64,000 nucleotides of DNA from an uncultured Spirochaetaceae bacterium (GTDB lineage: Bacteria; Spirochaetota; Spirochaetia; Sphaerochaetales; Sphaerochaetaceae). Shown here piece after piece: positions 50,385 to 59,632 of this stretch (the first letter of the stretch is position 1; the number at the start of each line of letters is the position of its first letter). The stretch spans positions 1,964-65,963 of the forward strand of contig ONWV01000002.1 of assembly GCA_900321635.1 (NCBI GenBank), written 5' to 3'. The notes under the pieces are model-generated. The model saw only the letters and a list, made by a program, of their open reading frames with translations, did not search any database and was not told where the DNA came from. A program made the translations under genes and the position numbers.

Positions 50385-52889
50385 ATGGGTTTCGTGGAGG
50401 AGATATTCAGGCTTCTTGATCAGACAGATTCTACTCTGGTGTTCCCGACTGAGAACGCCGCAAGACACTGGCTTAGCATGTATGTCAGACAGCGCAGAAC
50501 CAGCGTTCTTGCCTCCCGTGCAATTGCCCTGGATTCCTTTGCCAAGCTCTTTGCTCCTGTGGACGAGAAAAAGCCGTCCAACAAGTATCACAGACTGGCC
50601 TTTGTCGCTGATTTTCTTTCATCCCGTCAATCCGGCCTGAAGTACCTGTATGACGATGCCTTTTTTCCTTACAGGCGTAGATTCATTCCGTTTTTGACTT
50701 CGGTTCTTCCCCAGCTATCGGTTCTTGAAAGTTGCTCGGGCATTGGAAAGACTCTCTACAACGACCTTTCTATATTAAAAAGACGATATAAGGATTTTCT
50801 GGACAGAAACGGACTGTTCGAACCCGAGTGGAAAAAGCACTCTGCGGACTATTATGAAGGACAATCTTGCGACTATGTCCTTGTAGGCTATCAGGCCGAT
50901 ATCCAGATGCAGAAACTCATGGCTCAGCTGGGGGATATAAAGACATTACGTAGTCTTGATCTGAAAGACGGCAGGGCTCCTTGTTATGAGAATTACGCAA
51001 CCCAGGAAGCGGAGCTTGAGGCTCTGTTTCAGCGCCTTCAGAGTCTGAAGAAAAAAGGCACAAGCGTAAGTGACATCATCATATCTACTCCTGCTTTTGA
51101 CAGCCTCAGGCAGAGGCTTGAGAAAAAGGCCTGTGAATATAACATTCCTCTTTCATTTATGGGAAGTGTGGACATATTGGCGACAGTCCCCGGAAGGTAC
51201 TTGAGTTCTCTTATGCAGTGTCTGAGCGAGCGCATGTCATTTCACAGCCTTGAGAGCCTGCTTCTAAACAGCGCGCTTCCATATCAGGACATGGAAAACA
51301 ACCGCAGCCTTATCAGGTTCATGATAGACAACAACATTCAGGGCGGAAGCCTTGAGATGAAAGACGATGAGCTTTTCAGCTCGCTTTCAAGATGCGGTCT
51401 TACCAGGCAGCTTGAATTCTACAAGGGTTTCAAATCCGCCCTGATTTCCCTGAAGAAATCTTCAGATGTTGATGACCTTGTCAGGAATCTTCATGTGATC
51501 ACTTCGCTTTTATTCTCAAATGACGAGTTCAACAATGCGCCGCATCAGGATTCCGATGTCTATTCCTTCATTCTTTCACAGCTGTCTGATATGGGAAGGA
51601 CGCTTTCATCTCTGTCTATGAAGATGGATGACATCTTCGGCATCTTCATGGATCAGATTCAGAAGCTTTCATATGTTCCGCAGGACAAGAAGGCGGGAAT
51701 CCGTGTGTACAGGTACACTCAGGATCCTCTTTTATATGTTCCTTATCACTTTGTCATAGGACTCAGCGATGCCAATTCACAGACAAAGGAAAGTGATCTG
51801 GATTTTCTTGAAGACCATGAGGTGACTTCGCGCGCCACATATGATGTCACACAGAAGCTGTTTGAATACTACGCTTCAAGCGGAGACAATGTCTTTATTT
51901 CCGGATCTGAGGCTTCTTATGAGGGCTCTTCAAGTGCCCCCACATACTTCATACTGAATAATGCTGTTGTTGAGAAAGACTTCACACAAGAGCCTGAGTT
52001 TGAGAAATCAGATGCAGTGAGCCTTGAATATGCATCAAAGACTTGCTTTGACGATTCGGGCGAAGATCTTGCAAAGGGCGCAAGCGGATTTGTAAAGGAT
52101 CCCGATGCCAAGCCTCTTTCATATACGTCGATCAGTAACTATGTTAAGTGCCCTTACATGTCTTTGATGGAGGCAGATTTCTTAAAGGGTGCTCCGCAGT
52201 ACTTTGAGCCTTCACAGCAGGACGATACCAAGATCGGATCTTTCTTGCATTCTGTCATAGAGGGTTTCATGAATCTCCATCTTGATGAGTTCCTTGTTCC
52301 TGAACATATTGATGAGTACCACAGCCAACTTGAAAAGACTATGGACAGGATGCTTGAGCAGAACATGATCTTTGATCCCTATATGAAGGCAAGCCTCAGG
52401 GGAAACTATCTTGAGCCTCTTAAGAATGTTCTGAATCTGCTTCTGATACCTCCTAAAAGCTCAAGAACCCGCGGTTATGTAGGACCATTCAAACCCCTGA
52501 AAAATGAGTTCAAACTGAATAAAAACCATTCCTATCTCGGATATATAGACACGATAATTATGGATGAAAGTGGAAAAATCCATCTTCTTGACTATAAAAA
52601 GGGAGAAGGGGATCCCACCTATCAGTTGGTACTTTACAGACGTCTGTACGAAGAAGATCCTCAGTTCGGAACAGACATCGGAGAGTGTCTTTTCTACAGC
52701 ATGGGAAAGTCTTCTTTCAGGGGCTTCAATCCTGAAACTTGGCAAGTGCAGAGCCAGAAGCTTGATGAAGATATTTCGCGTCTGAGAAACGGCTTCTCAT
52801 CAGGACTTTGGAATGCCACACCCTCAAAGGAATCGTGCCTGCACTGTCTTGACAGATCTTTGTGCAGAAGGAGGTTCAACCTGCAATGA
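50385..52889 (+). CDS. addB: AddB-like PD-(D/E)XK nuclease subunit (no Walker A; C-terminal Cys cluster)
   Basis: The C-terminal nuclease domain contains GYIDTIIMDESGKIHLLDYKKG and a Cys cluster (...C...CLHCLDRSLC). The start is uncertain (ATG 50367, 50370 or 50385; no SD). The stop overlaps the addA start (ATGA). Confidence 0.7.
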   Translation: MGFVEEIFRLLDQTDSTLVFPTENAARHWLSMYVRQRRTSVLASRAIALDSFAKLFAPVDEKKPSNKYHRLAFVADFLSSRQSGLKYLYDDAFFPYRRRFIPFLTSVLPQLSVLESCSGIGKTLYNDLSILKRRYKDFLDRNGLFEPEWKKHSADYYEGQSCDYVLVGYQADIQMQKLMAQLGDIKTLRSLDLKDGRAPCYENYATQEAELEALFQRLQSLKKKGTSVSDIIISTPAFDSLRQRLEKKACEYNIPLSFMGSVDILATVPGRYLSSLMQCLSERMSFHSLESLLLNSALPYQDMENNRSLIRFMIDNNIQGGSLEMKDDELFSSLSRCGLTRQLEFYKGFKSALISLKKSSDVDDLVRNLHVITSLLFSNDEFNNAPHQDSDVYSFILSQLSDMGRTLSSLSMKMDDIFGIFMDQIQKLSYVPQDKKAGIRVYRYTQDPLLYVPYHFVIGLSDANSQTKESDLDFLEDHEVTSRATYDVTQKLFEYYASSGDNVFISGSEASYEGSSSAPTYFILNNAVVEKDFTQEPEFEKSDAVSLEYASKTCFDDSGEDLAKGASGFVKDPDAKPLSYTSISNYVKCPYMSLMEADFLKGAPQYFEPSQQDDTKIGSFLHSVIEGFMNLHLDEFLVPEHIDEYHSQLEKTMDRMLEQNMIFDPYMKASLRGNYLEPLKNVLNLLLIPPKSSRTRGYVGPFKPLKNEFKLNKNHSYLGYIDTIIMDESGKIHLLDYKKGEGDPTYQLVLYRRLYEEDPQFGTDIGECLFYSMGKSSFRGFNPETWQVQSQKLDEDISRLRNGFSSGLWNATPSKESCLHCLDRSLCRRRFNLQ

Positions 52890-55800
52890 ATTTTGAACAG
52901 ATAATGCAGAGCGAAGAATTTACTCCCAATGCAGAGCAAAGACCGATTATCGAGTCCGTGCGCAACACCGTAGTCTCTGCAGGAGCAGGTGCAGGAAAGA
53001 CTGCGGTTCTTTCCTGGCGCTTTTTAAGGCTTGTCATGAATGAGCATGTGCGCCCGGATCAGATTCTGACTCTCACTTTCACCAAAAAGGCTGCGAACGA
53101 GATGCGTCAGCGAATCTATCAGAGGCTTCTTAAGGCCAAAGACAGTATCCCCGCTGACTCTCTTGACAGCTTCAGAAACGCAAATATCTCCACACTTGAC
53201 AGTTTCTGCTCCCAGATTGTCAGAAGCGACAGCATCACATATGGTTTTTCCAGGGACTGGACCAACCTCAGTGACGAGGATCTTGAAATCCTTTCAGAGC
53301 GTCTTGCCAGAACTTTTTTATCTGATGCGCAGAACGCAGAGGAGGCTTCTCTTCTTTCAACTTTGGATATGCCTCCTGCGGTCCTTGAAAGATTCTTTAA
53401 GAAGATAGCCCGTCTTGTTTCTGTTGCAGAGGACTATGATGCCGACAGAATCAGTTCTGCCTTCCTTTCTTCCGTAAGAGAGATTTACAGAAAAAAGCGT
53501 GATGAGCTTGGCAGACTTCTTGATAAGCTGGGCCAGTACAATCTCAAGGGTGCGTTCTTGGCAAAATATGACAATATAAGAAGATGCTACGATGAAGAAA
53601 GCTTCGGCCCAGACGATTACCTCGGCCTTCAGGGTGTTAAGGACGAGGAGATAAAGGATCTTGTGAACAATGAGATAAAGCCTATTTTAAGCAAGGATTC
53701 AGGTTTCTATATTCTTCAGAACATAGCAAACGGTCCTGATCAGACATCTGTGCTTCAGAAAGCCGTCCAGAAGTTCGCCACTCTCATCAGCGATGAAAAA
53801 AGGCGCATGGGAGCTCTGACGTTCAAAGATGTGTCAGAGCTTGCCGTGACGGTACTGAGGGACAACATCCAGCTCAGAAACACCTACAAAAACCGCTACC
53901 GCTTCATAATGATTGACGAGTTTCAGGACAACAACAGCGTTCAGCGCGACCTTCTGTTCCTTCTTTCGGAGAAGACCTCGCTTGAAGGTACCAAGGGAAG
54001 GATTCCTCTTTTAGAGGAGCTGGATCAGAGCAAGCTCTTCTTTGTAGGAGATGAAAAGCAGTCAATCTACAGCTTCCGTGGGGCCGATGTCTCAGTATTC
54101 AGGCGCCTTCAGGAGGATATAGGAAGAAACGGAGACTCGCTTTCTCTTGGAACAAACTATAGAAGCCAGAAGAAATTAATCAATCATTTCAACGATGTGT
54201 TCTCACAGGTTCTCTGTGATTCTGAAAAGGACTTTGAGGCAAGATATACTCCAATAGCCTGCGGCAGGGAAAGCGATGGAACAGACTCTAAGATCATATT
54301 CTCCTTCTACAACAGAAGCGGCATAGAAGACGATGACATGGACAGCGGAATCCTTGAGGCCGAGGCAATAGGAAACTACTGTAAGCGCATCCTGGAGACG
54401 GATGAATTTCTTGTTGCAGGACAAAGGCCCAAGGCAGAGGATATAGCCATAATCTTCCGTTCATCCACAAACCAGATGAACATAGAAAAAGCTCTGAAGA
54501 GGCGTAACATCGGCTATCAGATAGCAGAGACCAGATCCCTGATGCTGGATGCCGTCTCAAGCGATTTTTATAGCCTTCTTAACATACTCCTTTATCCTGA
54601 AGACAGGCGAAGCCTTGCTGCCGTTCTTAAATCCCCGTTCTGCGGCCTATGTGACCAGAGCATCCACAATGTGATTGTGCAGGAAAAAGACGTTCTACCC
54701 ATAGATATCGGGCGCTATGAACTATTTCTCTCATTTATGGAAGAACTCAGAAGAAATGCCTTCAGAATGACCATAGCCCAGGTTCTTCAGTTCATCTACA
54801 TCAACGGCGGCTACAGCGCATACCTTAAGTCCAATGAGGACAGACGTACGTTCCAGGAGCATTATGAGTATCTTTTCTCCTATGCCGTTGATTTTGACAG
54901 CTCTTCAAAGACTCTCAACGATTATGTGAAGTTTCTCAGGGACAATCTGGGTACGGCATCGAAGCTTACCGAGACTACGGTCCTTCACAGCAGCAAATCA
55001 GGTGTGCAGATAATGACTGTACACAAATCCAAGGGTCTTGAGTTCAAGGTTGTGATCTTTGCAGGAATAGGGGGAAGAAGCCAATCCGATAAGGCTGACT
55101 TTGTTTTTGAATACGGCGGCAATCTTGTGGCCTCGGAGAACAAGGTTCTTCAGAAGATTCTTGATGAAGACCGAAAAGAGCGCGATAAAGCAGAGCTCAG
55201 GCGAATCATGTATGTAGCCATGACAAGGGCCAAAGACCATCTGATTCTGATAGGCTCCTATACACTCAAGGACGGAAATTACTCCATGACGGATGTCATG
55301 CAGTGGTATTCAGATGCAATCGGAATGGATTATCCCAACCTTAAGTGTCGGAATTCCGATGTGATAATTGAAGATGTATCCGATACTTCAAGAGTCAGTG
55401 GAAGCCAGAACAATACTGCAATGCAAGTTGTTATACCAACTGATTTTGCAGAGTTTAACACTAAAGAAAACCATATCTCGGTGACAGACATAAAGCAGTT
55501 AGGAAGAATGCCTTACGAAGTGAAAAATGCCGCACAGGAGATAAAGGGCTGCGAAGCCGACAATCTTATTGTCAAATATAACCTTCAGGACAAGTTCGGA
55601 ACCCTGTGTCACCTTGTTCTGGAACATGTCATGAAGACCGGGAAATCAGACGATGTCACCTGTACTCTCTGTGAAAGCGACTCGGACAATGAAAAGCTTT
55701 TGAAGACGGCACGCTCTTTTGCCGATGGCTTTATGAGCAGCGATTTTTATAAGAGTCGGATAAGGTGGCATAATACCGAGGAAGAGCTCAGATTCTACAC

Positions 55801-56056
55801 CACAACCGAAGAAAACGGAGATGTGGCCGTAGAAGGTGTGATAGACCTTCTTGTCTTCGGAGAAAAGACGAATCTTGTTGTGGACTACAAGACAGATACA
55901 ATAAAGGATCCGGATGCCCACAAGGCACAGATTCTTTCCTACATCAAGGTTGCTGAGCAGATTTACAAAAAGCCATGTCAGGGCGTTCTCTTCTATCTGA
56001 GGGACTCAAGCGTCGGCCCTGTATGGAACAGTGACGGCAGTACAGAAGAATTATAG
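52886..56056 (+). CDS. addA: AddA/UvrD-like ATP-dependent helicase-nuclease
   Basis: Start at ATG 52886 with a GAAGGAGG SD. Walker A AGAGAGKT and helicase motifs (MIDEFQDNN, VGDEKQSIYSFRGA, TVHKSKGLEF, YVAMTRAK). The C-terminus has a PD-(D/E)XK motif (GVIDLLVF...VVDYKTD). Confidence 0.8.
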   Translation: MNFEQIMQSEEFTPNAEQRPIIESVRNTVVSAGAGAGKTAVLSWRFLRLVMNEHVRPDQILTLTFTKKAANEMRQRIYQRLLKAKDSIPADSLDSFRNANISTLDSFCSQIVRSDSITYGFSRDWTNLSDEDLEILSERLARTFLSDAQNAEEASLLSTLDMPPAVLERFFKKIARLVSVAEDYDADRISSAFLSSVREIYRKKRDELGRLLDKLGQYNLKGAFLAKYDNIRRCYDEESFGPDDYLGLQGVKDEEIKDLVNNEIKPILSKDSGFYILQNIANGPDQTSVLQKAVQKFATLISDEKRRMGALTFKDVSELAVTVLRDNIQLRNTYKNRYRFIMIDEFQDNNSVQRDLLFLLSEKTSLEGTKGRIPLLEELDQSKLFFVGDEKQSIYSFRGADVSVFRRLQEDIGRNGDSLSLGTNYRSQKKLINHFNDVFSQVLCDSEKDFEARYTPIACGRESDGTDSKIIFSFYNRSGIEDDDMDSGILEAEAIGNYCKRILETDEFLVAGQRPKAEDIAIIFRSSTNQMNIEKALKRRNIGYQIAETRSLMLDAVSSDFYSLLNILLYPEDRRSLAAVLKSPFCGLCDQSIHNVIVQEKDVLPIDIGRYELFLSFMEELRRNAFRMTIAQVLQFIYINGGYSAYLKSNEDRRTFQEHYEYLFSYAVDFDSSSKTLNDYVKFLRDNLGTASKLTETTVLHSSKSGVQIMTVHKSKGLEFKVVIFAGIGGRSQSDKADFVFEYGGNLVASENKVLQKILDEDRKERDKAELRRIMYVAMTRAKDHLILIGSYTLKDGNYSMTDVMQWYSDAIGMDYPNLKCRNSDVIIEDVSDTSRVSGSQNNTAMQVVIPTDFAEFNTKENHISVTDIKQLGRMPYEVKNAAQEIKGCEADNLIVKYNLQDKFGTLCHLVLEHVMKTGKSDDVTCTLCESDSDNEKLLKTARSFADGFMSSDFYKSRIRWHNTEEELRFYTTTEENGDVAVEGVIDLLVFGEKTNLVVDYKTDTIKDPDAHKAQILSYIKVAEQIYKKPCQGVLFYLRDSSVGPVWNSDGSTEEL

Positions 56057-56119
56057 ATTAGCTTGATAGAAAGGCGATTTAGGGATAGAGTTTTCTCCAT
56101 GGACAGGATATTTGAGAAC

Positions 56120-56671
56120 ATGCCATTGGCAGAAAAACAGGTCGATTCGACGCAGGTATTCGACGGCCGTCTTCTTCACGTCTACAAGGACAATATCATC
56201 CTTCCCAACGGTCATAAAAGCACAAGAGAGTACATAAAGCACCTCGGTGCCGTTGCTGTTGTGGCCATGGATGATCAGGGCCGCATCGCTGTTGAGCATC
56301 AGTTCCGCTATCCGTTCATGGCAGAGCTTTTGGAAATCCCCGCAGGAAAGCTGGACTATGCCGATGAGGACCATCTGGAGGCAGCAAAGCGAGAGCTTCG
56401 CGAGGAGACGGGAATAGAGGCAGAGCATTATGAATACCTCGGACCGTTTTATCCCACATGCGCCTATTCCACAGAGGTGATTCATCTGTATTGGGCAACC
56501 GGCCTGAGTTTCGGAAAGCGTGAGCTTGATTATGATGAAAGCATAAATGTTGAGATGATGGACATAAAGAAGTTCGTCACCATGATCATGGATGGAAAGG
56601 TTCCGGACGGAAAGACCCAATCTGCGGTTCTTCAGGTCTGGGCCAGAATGAATAAAAATAGAGAGGATTAA
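56120..56671 (+). CDS. NUDIX hydrolase (ADP-ribose pyrophosphatase-like)
   Basis: Nudix box IPAGKLDYADEDHLEAAKRELREETGIEAE. Starting at ATG 56120 (MPLAEKQV...) gives the NudF-like N-terminus. ATG 56099 and TTG 56063 are alternatives. Confidence 0.8.
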   Translation: MPLAEKQVDSTQVFDGRLLHVYKDNIILPNGHKSTREYIKHLGAVAVVAMDDQGRIAVEHQFRYPFMAELLEIPAGKLDYADEDHLEAAKRELREETGIEAEHYEYLGPFYPTCAYSTEVIHLYWATGLSFGKRELDYDESINVEMMDIKKFVTMIMDGKVPDGKTQSAVLQVWARMNKNRED

Positions 56672-56672
56672 C

Positions 56673-57845
56673 ATGGATTACGCAAAGGAATCACTTAAAA
56701 AGCACGCAGAATGGAAGGGTAAGATCGAGGTAATCTCGACTGTTCCCGTAAAGAGCTCCCAGGATCTCTCCCTGGCATATACTCCCGGTGTCGCACAGCC
56801 TTGTCTTGAGATCCAGAAGGACATCAACAAGAGCTATGAGCTTACAAGACGCTGGAATCTTTGCGCTGTCATCACAGACGGAACAGCCGTTTTAGGTCTT
56901 GGTGATATCGGTCCTGAAGCAGGAATGCCTGTCATGGAAGGAAAGTGTGTCCTTTTCAAGTCCTTCGGTAATGTCGATGCATTCCCCCTCTGTGTCAGAA
57001 CCAAGGATGTGGACGAGTTTGTGAACACCGTCTACAACATCTCAGGATCTTTTGGAGGAATCAACCTCGAGGATATCGCAGCACCCAGATGCTTCGAGAT
57101 CGAGCAGAAGCTCAAGGAAAAGTGTGACATCCCAATCTTCCATGATGACCAGCACGGAACCGCAGTGATTACCCTTGCAGGACTTACAAATGCCCTGAAG
57201 GTTGTCGGAAAGAAGAAAGAGGATGTGAAGATTGTCACATCAGGTGCAGGTGCCGCTGCAATTGCCACAGTTAAGCTTCTTCTGTCAGCAGGCTTCAAGA
57301 ACATCACCATGTGCGACAGAAAGGGCGCCATCTACAAGGGCAGAGACGGCCTCAACTGGATCAAGGAAGAGATGGCTGAAAAGACAAACCTCGATCACAA
57401 GAAGGGAAGTCTTGCAGACATGCTGGTAGGCGCCGATGTGTTTATCGGAGTTTCAGCTCCTGGCCAGGTCACAACAGAAATGGTCAAGACAATGAACAAG
57501 GATGCCATCATCTTCGCATGCGCAAACCCGACTCCTGAGATTTTCCCGGATGATGCAAAAGCCGGCGGAGCAAAGGTAATTTCTACAGGACGCAGCGACT
57601 ATCCGAACCAGATCAACAACGTTCTGGCATTCCCTGGAATCTTCAGAGGAACATTCGATGTCAGAGCTTCGGAGATCAATGAAGAGATGAAGGTTGCAGC
57701 AGCCGAGGCCCTTGCCTCTCTTGTCAGCGATAAGGAGCTTAGCGCAGACTACATCATTCCAAAGGCATTTGATCCTCGCGTGGCACCTGCTGTTGCAAAG
57801 GCTGTTGCAGAGGCTGCAAGAAAGACAGGAGTCGCACGTATCTGA
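56673..57845 (+). CDS. NAD(P)-dependent malic enzyme (oxaloacetate-decarboxylating)
   Basis: 390 aa with motifs LSLAYTPGVA, VITDGTAVLGLGDIG and FHDDQHGTA. Confidence 0.9.
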   Translation: MDYAKESLKKHAEWKGKIEVISTVPVKSSQDLSLAYTPGVAQPCLEIQKDINKSYELTRRWNLCAVITDGTAVLGLGDIGPEAGMPVMEGKCVLFKSFGNVDAFPLCVRTKDVDEFVNTVYNISGSFGGINLEDIAAPRCFEIEQKLKEKCDIPIFHDDQHGTAVITLAGLTNALKVVGKKKEDVKIVTSGAGAAAIATVKLLLSAGFKNITMCDRKGAIYKGRDGLNWIKEEMAEKTNLDHKKGSLADMLVGADVFIGVSAPGQVTTEMVKTMNKDAIIFACANPTPEIFPDDAKAGGAKVISTGRSDYPNQINNVLAFPGIFRGTFDVRASEINEEMKVAAAEALASLVSDKELSADYIIPKAFDPRVAPAVAKAVAEAARKTGVARI

Positions 57846-57849
57846 TTAC

Positions 57850-59019
57850 TCAGCACATTTTCTTCTTGATATCGGCAAGGCGGTTCAGAGCTTCGTTCAG
57901 TGTCTCATCTTTTTTTGCAAAATGAAGTCTGACGATGTCATTGACGTTCTCTCTGAAGAAAGATGACCCTGGAACCGCTGCAACTCCGACCTTTTCCGTC
58001 ATCTTGACGCAGAAGTCAACGTCGCTCTGACCTTTTTTAAGGTAAGGGCCGATGTTTGCAAGAACAAAGTATGCACCCTGCGGGTCGGTGTATGGGATTC
58101 CGATGCTTGTAAGACCGTCTGTGAAGATCTTCTTCATGTGGGCGTAGTGATCACCGAACTCCTTGTAGTAGCTGTCAGGGAACTCAAGGCCTACAACGGC
58201 GGCTTCCATCAGAGGGGAGGCAGCTCCTACTGCGTTGAAGTCGTGATACTGCTTTATTCTTTCCATAATGTGCTGTGGAGCTATGGCGTAGCCGAGTCTC
58301 CATCCTGTCACTGAATAGGTCTTGGAAAGGCTTGAGCAGCTGACGGTGCGCTCCCACATTCCCGGGATGCTGTTCATGTAGATGTGCTTGTTGTCTCCGT
58401 AGACGATGTGCTCGTAGACCTCGTCCATGATGGCATAGACATCGTACTTGATGCAAAGGTCGGCGATGAAGGTAAGCTCTTCTCGGGTGAAGACTTTTCC
58501 GCTGGGGTTGGAGGGGTTGCAGATCAAGATGGCCTTTACGTTGGGCTGCTTGAAGGCATCCTCAAGAACCTGGGGGTCAAAGTTGAATACAGGCGGAACA
58601 AGCGGGACAAAGATCGGCTCGCAGTCGGCCATGATGGTCTGTGCGTGGTAGTTCTCAAAATACGGTGAGAACATGATGATCTTGTCACCGGGGTTCGTAA
58701 GGGCAAACAGGGTGTCCACCATGGCCTCTGTGGAACCGATTGTGACGACCATGTCGGTCTCAGGATCCAGAGTGCGGCCCATGAAGTGTCCGGCCTTCTT
58801 TGCAAGGGCGCGGCGGAAGTTCGGGGCTCCCATGGTGATTGGGTACTGGTGAGGGCCTTGCTTGGAAACCTCTGCCAGACGGTCTGTCATTGCCTTGGGA
58901 GGATCAAAATCAGGAAATCCCTGAGCCAGGTTTATGGCGTTGTTGGCAATGGCGATACGGGTCATTCTTCTGATGACCGAATCGGTGAAGTACTGATTTC
59001 TTCTGCTCATTTCCTTCAT
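57850..59019 (-). CDS. class I/II PLP-dependent aminotransferase (YbdL/kynurenine-aminotransferase-like)
   Basis: 389 aa with motif INLAQGFPDFDPP and PLP-lysine motif SLSKTYSVTGWRLGY. GGAGG SD. It is the last gene of the acs-iorAB operon. Confidence 0.85.
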   Translation of the reverse strand: MKEMSRRNQYFTDSVIRRMTRIAIANNAINLAQGFPDFDPPKAMTDRLAEVSKQGPHQYPITMGAPNFRRALAKKAGHFMGRTLDPETDMVVTIGSTEAMVDTLFALTNPGDKIIMFSPYFENYHAQTIMADCEPIFVPLVPPVFNFDPQVLEDAFKQPNVKAILICNPSNPSGKVFTREELTFIADLCIKYDVYAIMDEVYEHIVYGDNKHIYMNSIPGMWERTVSCSSLSKTYSVTGWRLGYAIAPQHIMERIKQYHDFNAVGAASPLMEAAVVGLEFPDSYYKEFGDHYAHMKKIFTDGLTSIGIPYTDPQGAYFVLANIGPYLKKGQSDVDFCVKMTEKVGVAAVPGSSFFRENVNDIVRLHFAKKDETLNEALNRLADIKKKMC

Positions 59020-59058
59020 ATGAAAACCTCCGTAATCCCGTTGTCGAGTATAATATCG

Positions 59059-59631
59059 TTATTGTGAATCTCTTCCAAGTAGGAAGGCCTTCTTGTTCAT
59101 CTCCAAAAACTTTGCAGGGACGCTTGTCTCAATGGCCGTAAGCCACTGCTCTTGTGTAAAGTCAAAGTGCTTTGAAAGCTTTCCTAATAAGGCAAGATTC
59201 ACAGCCTTAGTGGAGCCTGCCTTCTTTGCAAGGGAAAGGGCATCGAAGCACTCGAGCTTGATATCCAGCTTTGAAAGCTTTTCTTCAAGATTTTCTGGAT
59301 AGACTGCCGCACCTGTTATGACAGGCATGGGGTTGATCTGCTGGGTGTTGGTGATAAGAAGGCCGCCTTTTTTCAGATAATCCACATAGCGGGCGGCTTC
59401 CAGAATCTCGAAAGAGATGATTATGTCAGCCTGACCCTTGTCAATGACAGGGGAGAAGACCTTTTCTCCGTATCTTACGTAGGTGACGACGCTTCCGCCT
59501 CTCTGGCTCATGCCGTGGACCTCGCTGACTTTCACATCCAGTCCTTTTTCAAGAAAGAGCTTTCCCAGAAGCTTGCTGGCAAGAAGGGTTCCCTGTCCGC
59601 CGACTCCGACAATCATGATGTTTCCGGTCAT
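59059..59631 (-). CDS. iorB: indolepyruvate:ferredoxin oxidoreductase, beta subunit
   Basis: Start at ATG 59631 (MTGNIMIVGVGGQGTLLASK) with a GGAGG SD, 1 nt after the iorA stop. Confidence 0.85.
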   Translation of the reverse strand: MTGNIMIVGVGGQGTLLASKLLGKLFLEKGLDVKVSEVHGMSQRGGSVVTYVRYGEKVFSPVIDKGQADIIISFEILEAARYVDYLKKGGLLITNTQQINPMPVITGAAVYPENLEEKLSKLDIKLECFDALSLAKKAGSTKAVNLALLGKLSKHFDFTQEQWLTAIETSVPAKFLEMNKKAFLLGRDSQ

Positions 59632-59632
59632 T

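Noticed and set aside
50385-56671. The AddB-like nuclease, AddA-like helicase-nuclease and Nudix hydrolase considered as a phage-defence module.
   Set aside because: The architecture is the standard two-subunit AddAB/RexAB recombination-repair complex: a UvrD-type helicase with a C-terminal PD-(D/E)XK domain, plus a Cys-cluster nuclease partner with ATGA coupling. The Nudix protein looks like housekeeping ADP-ribose pyrophosphatase. No defence-island or mobile genes flank them.
56051-56674. A 207-aa minus-strand ORF that mirrors the 202-aa plus-strand ORF almost exactly.
   Set aside because: The plus strand encodes a clear Nudix box (GKLDYADEDHLEAAKRELREETGIEAE) and a NudF-like N-terminus. 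The minus-strand product has no motif and is Cys/His/Leu-rich, as expected for a shadow ORF.
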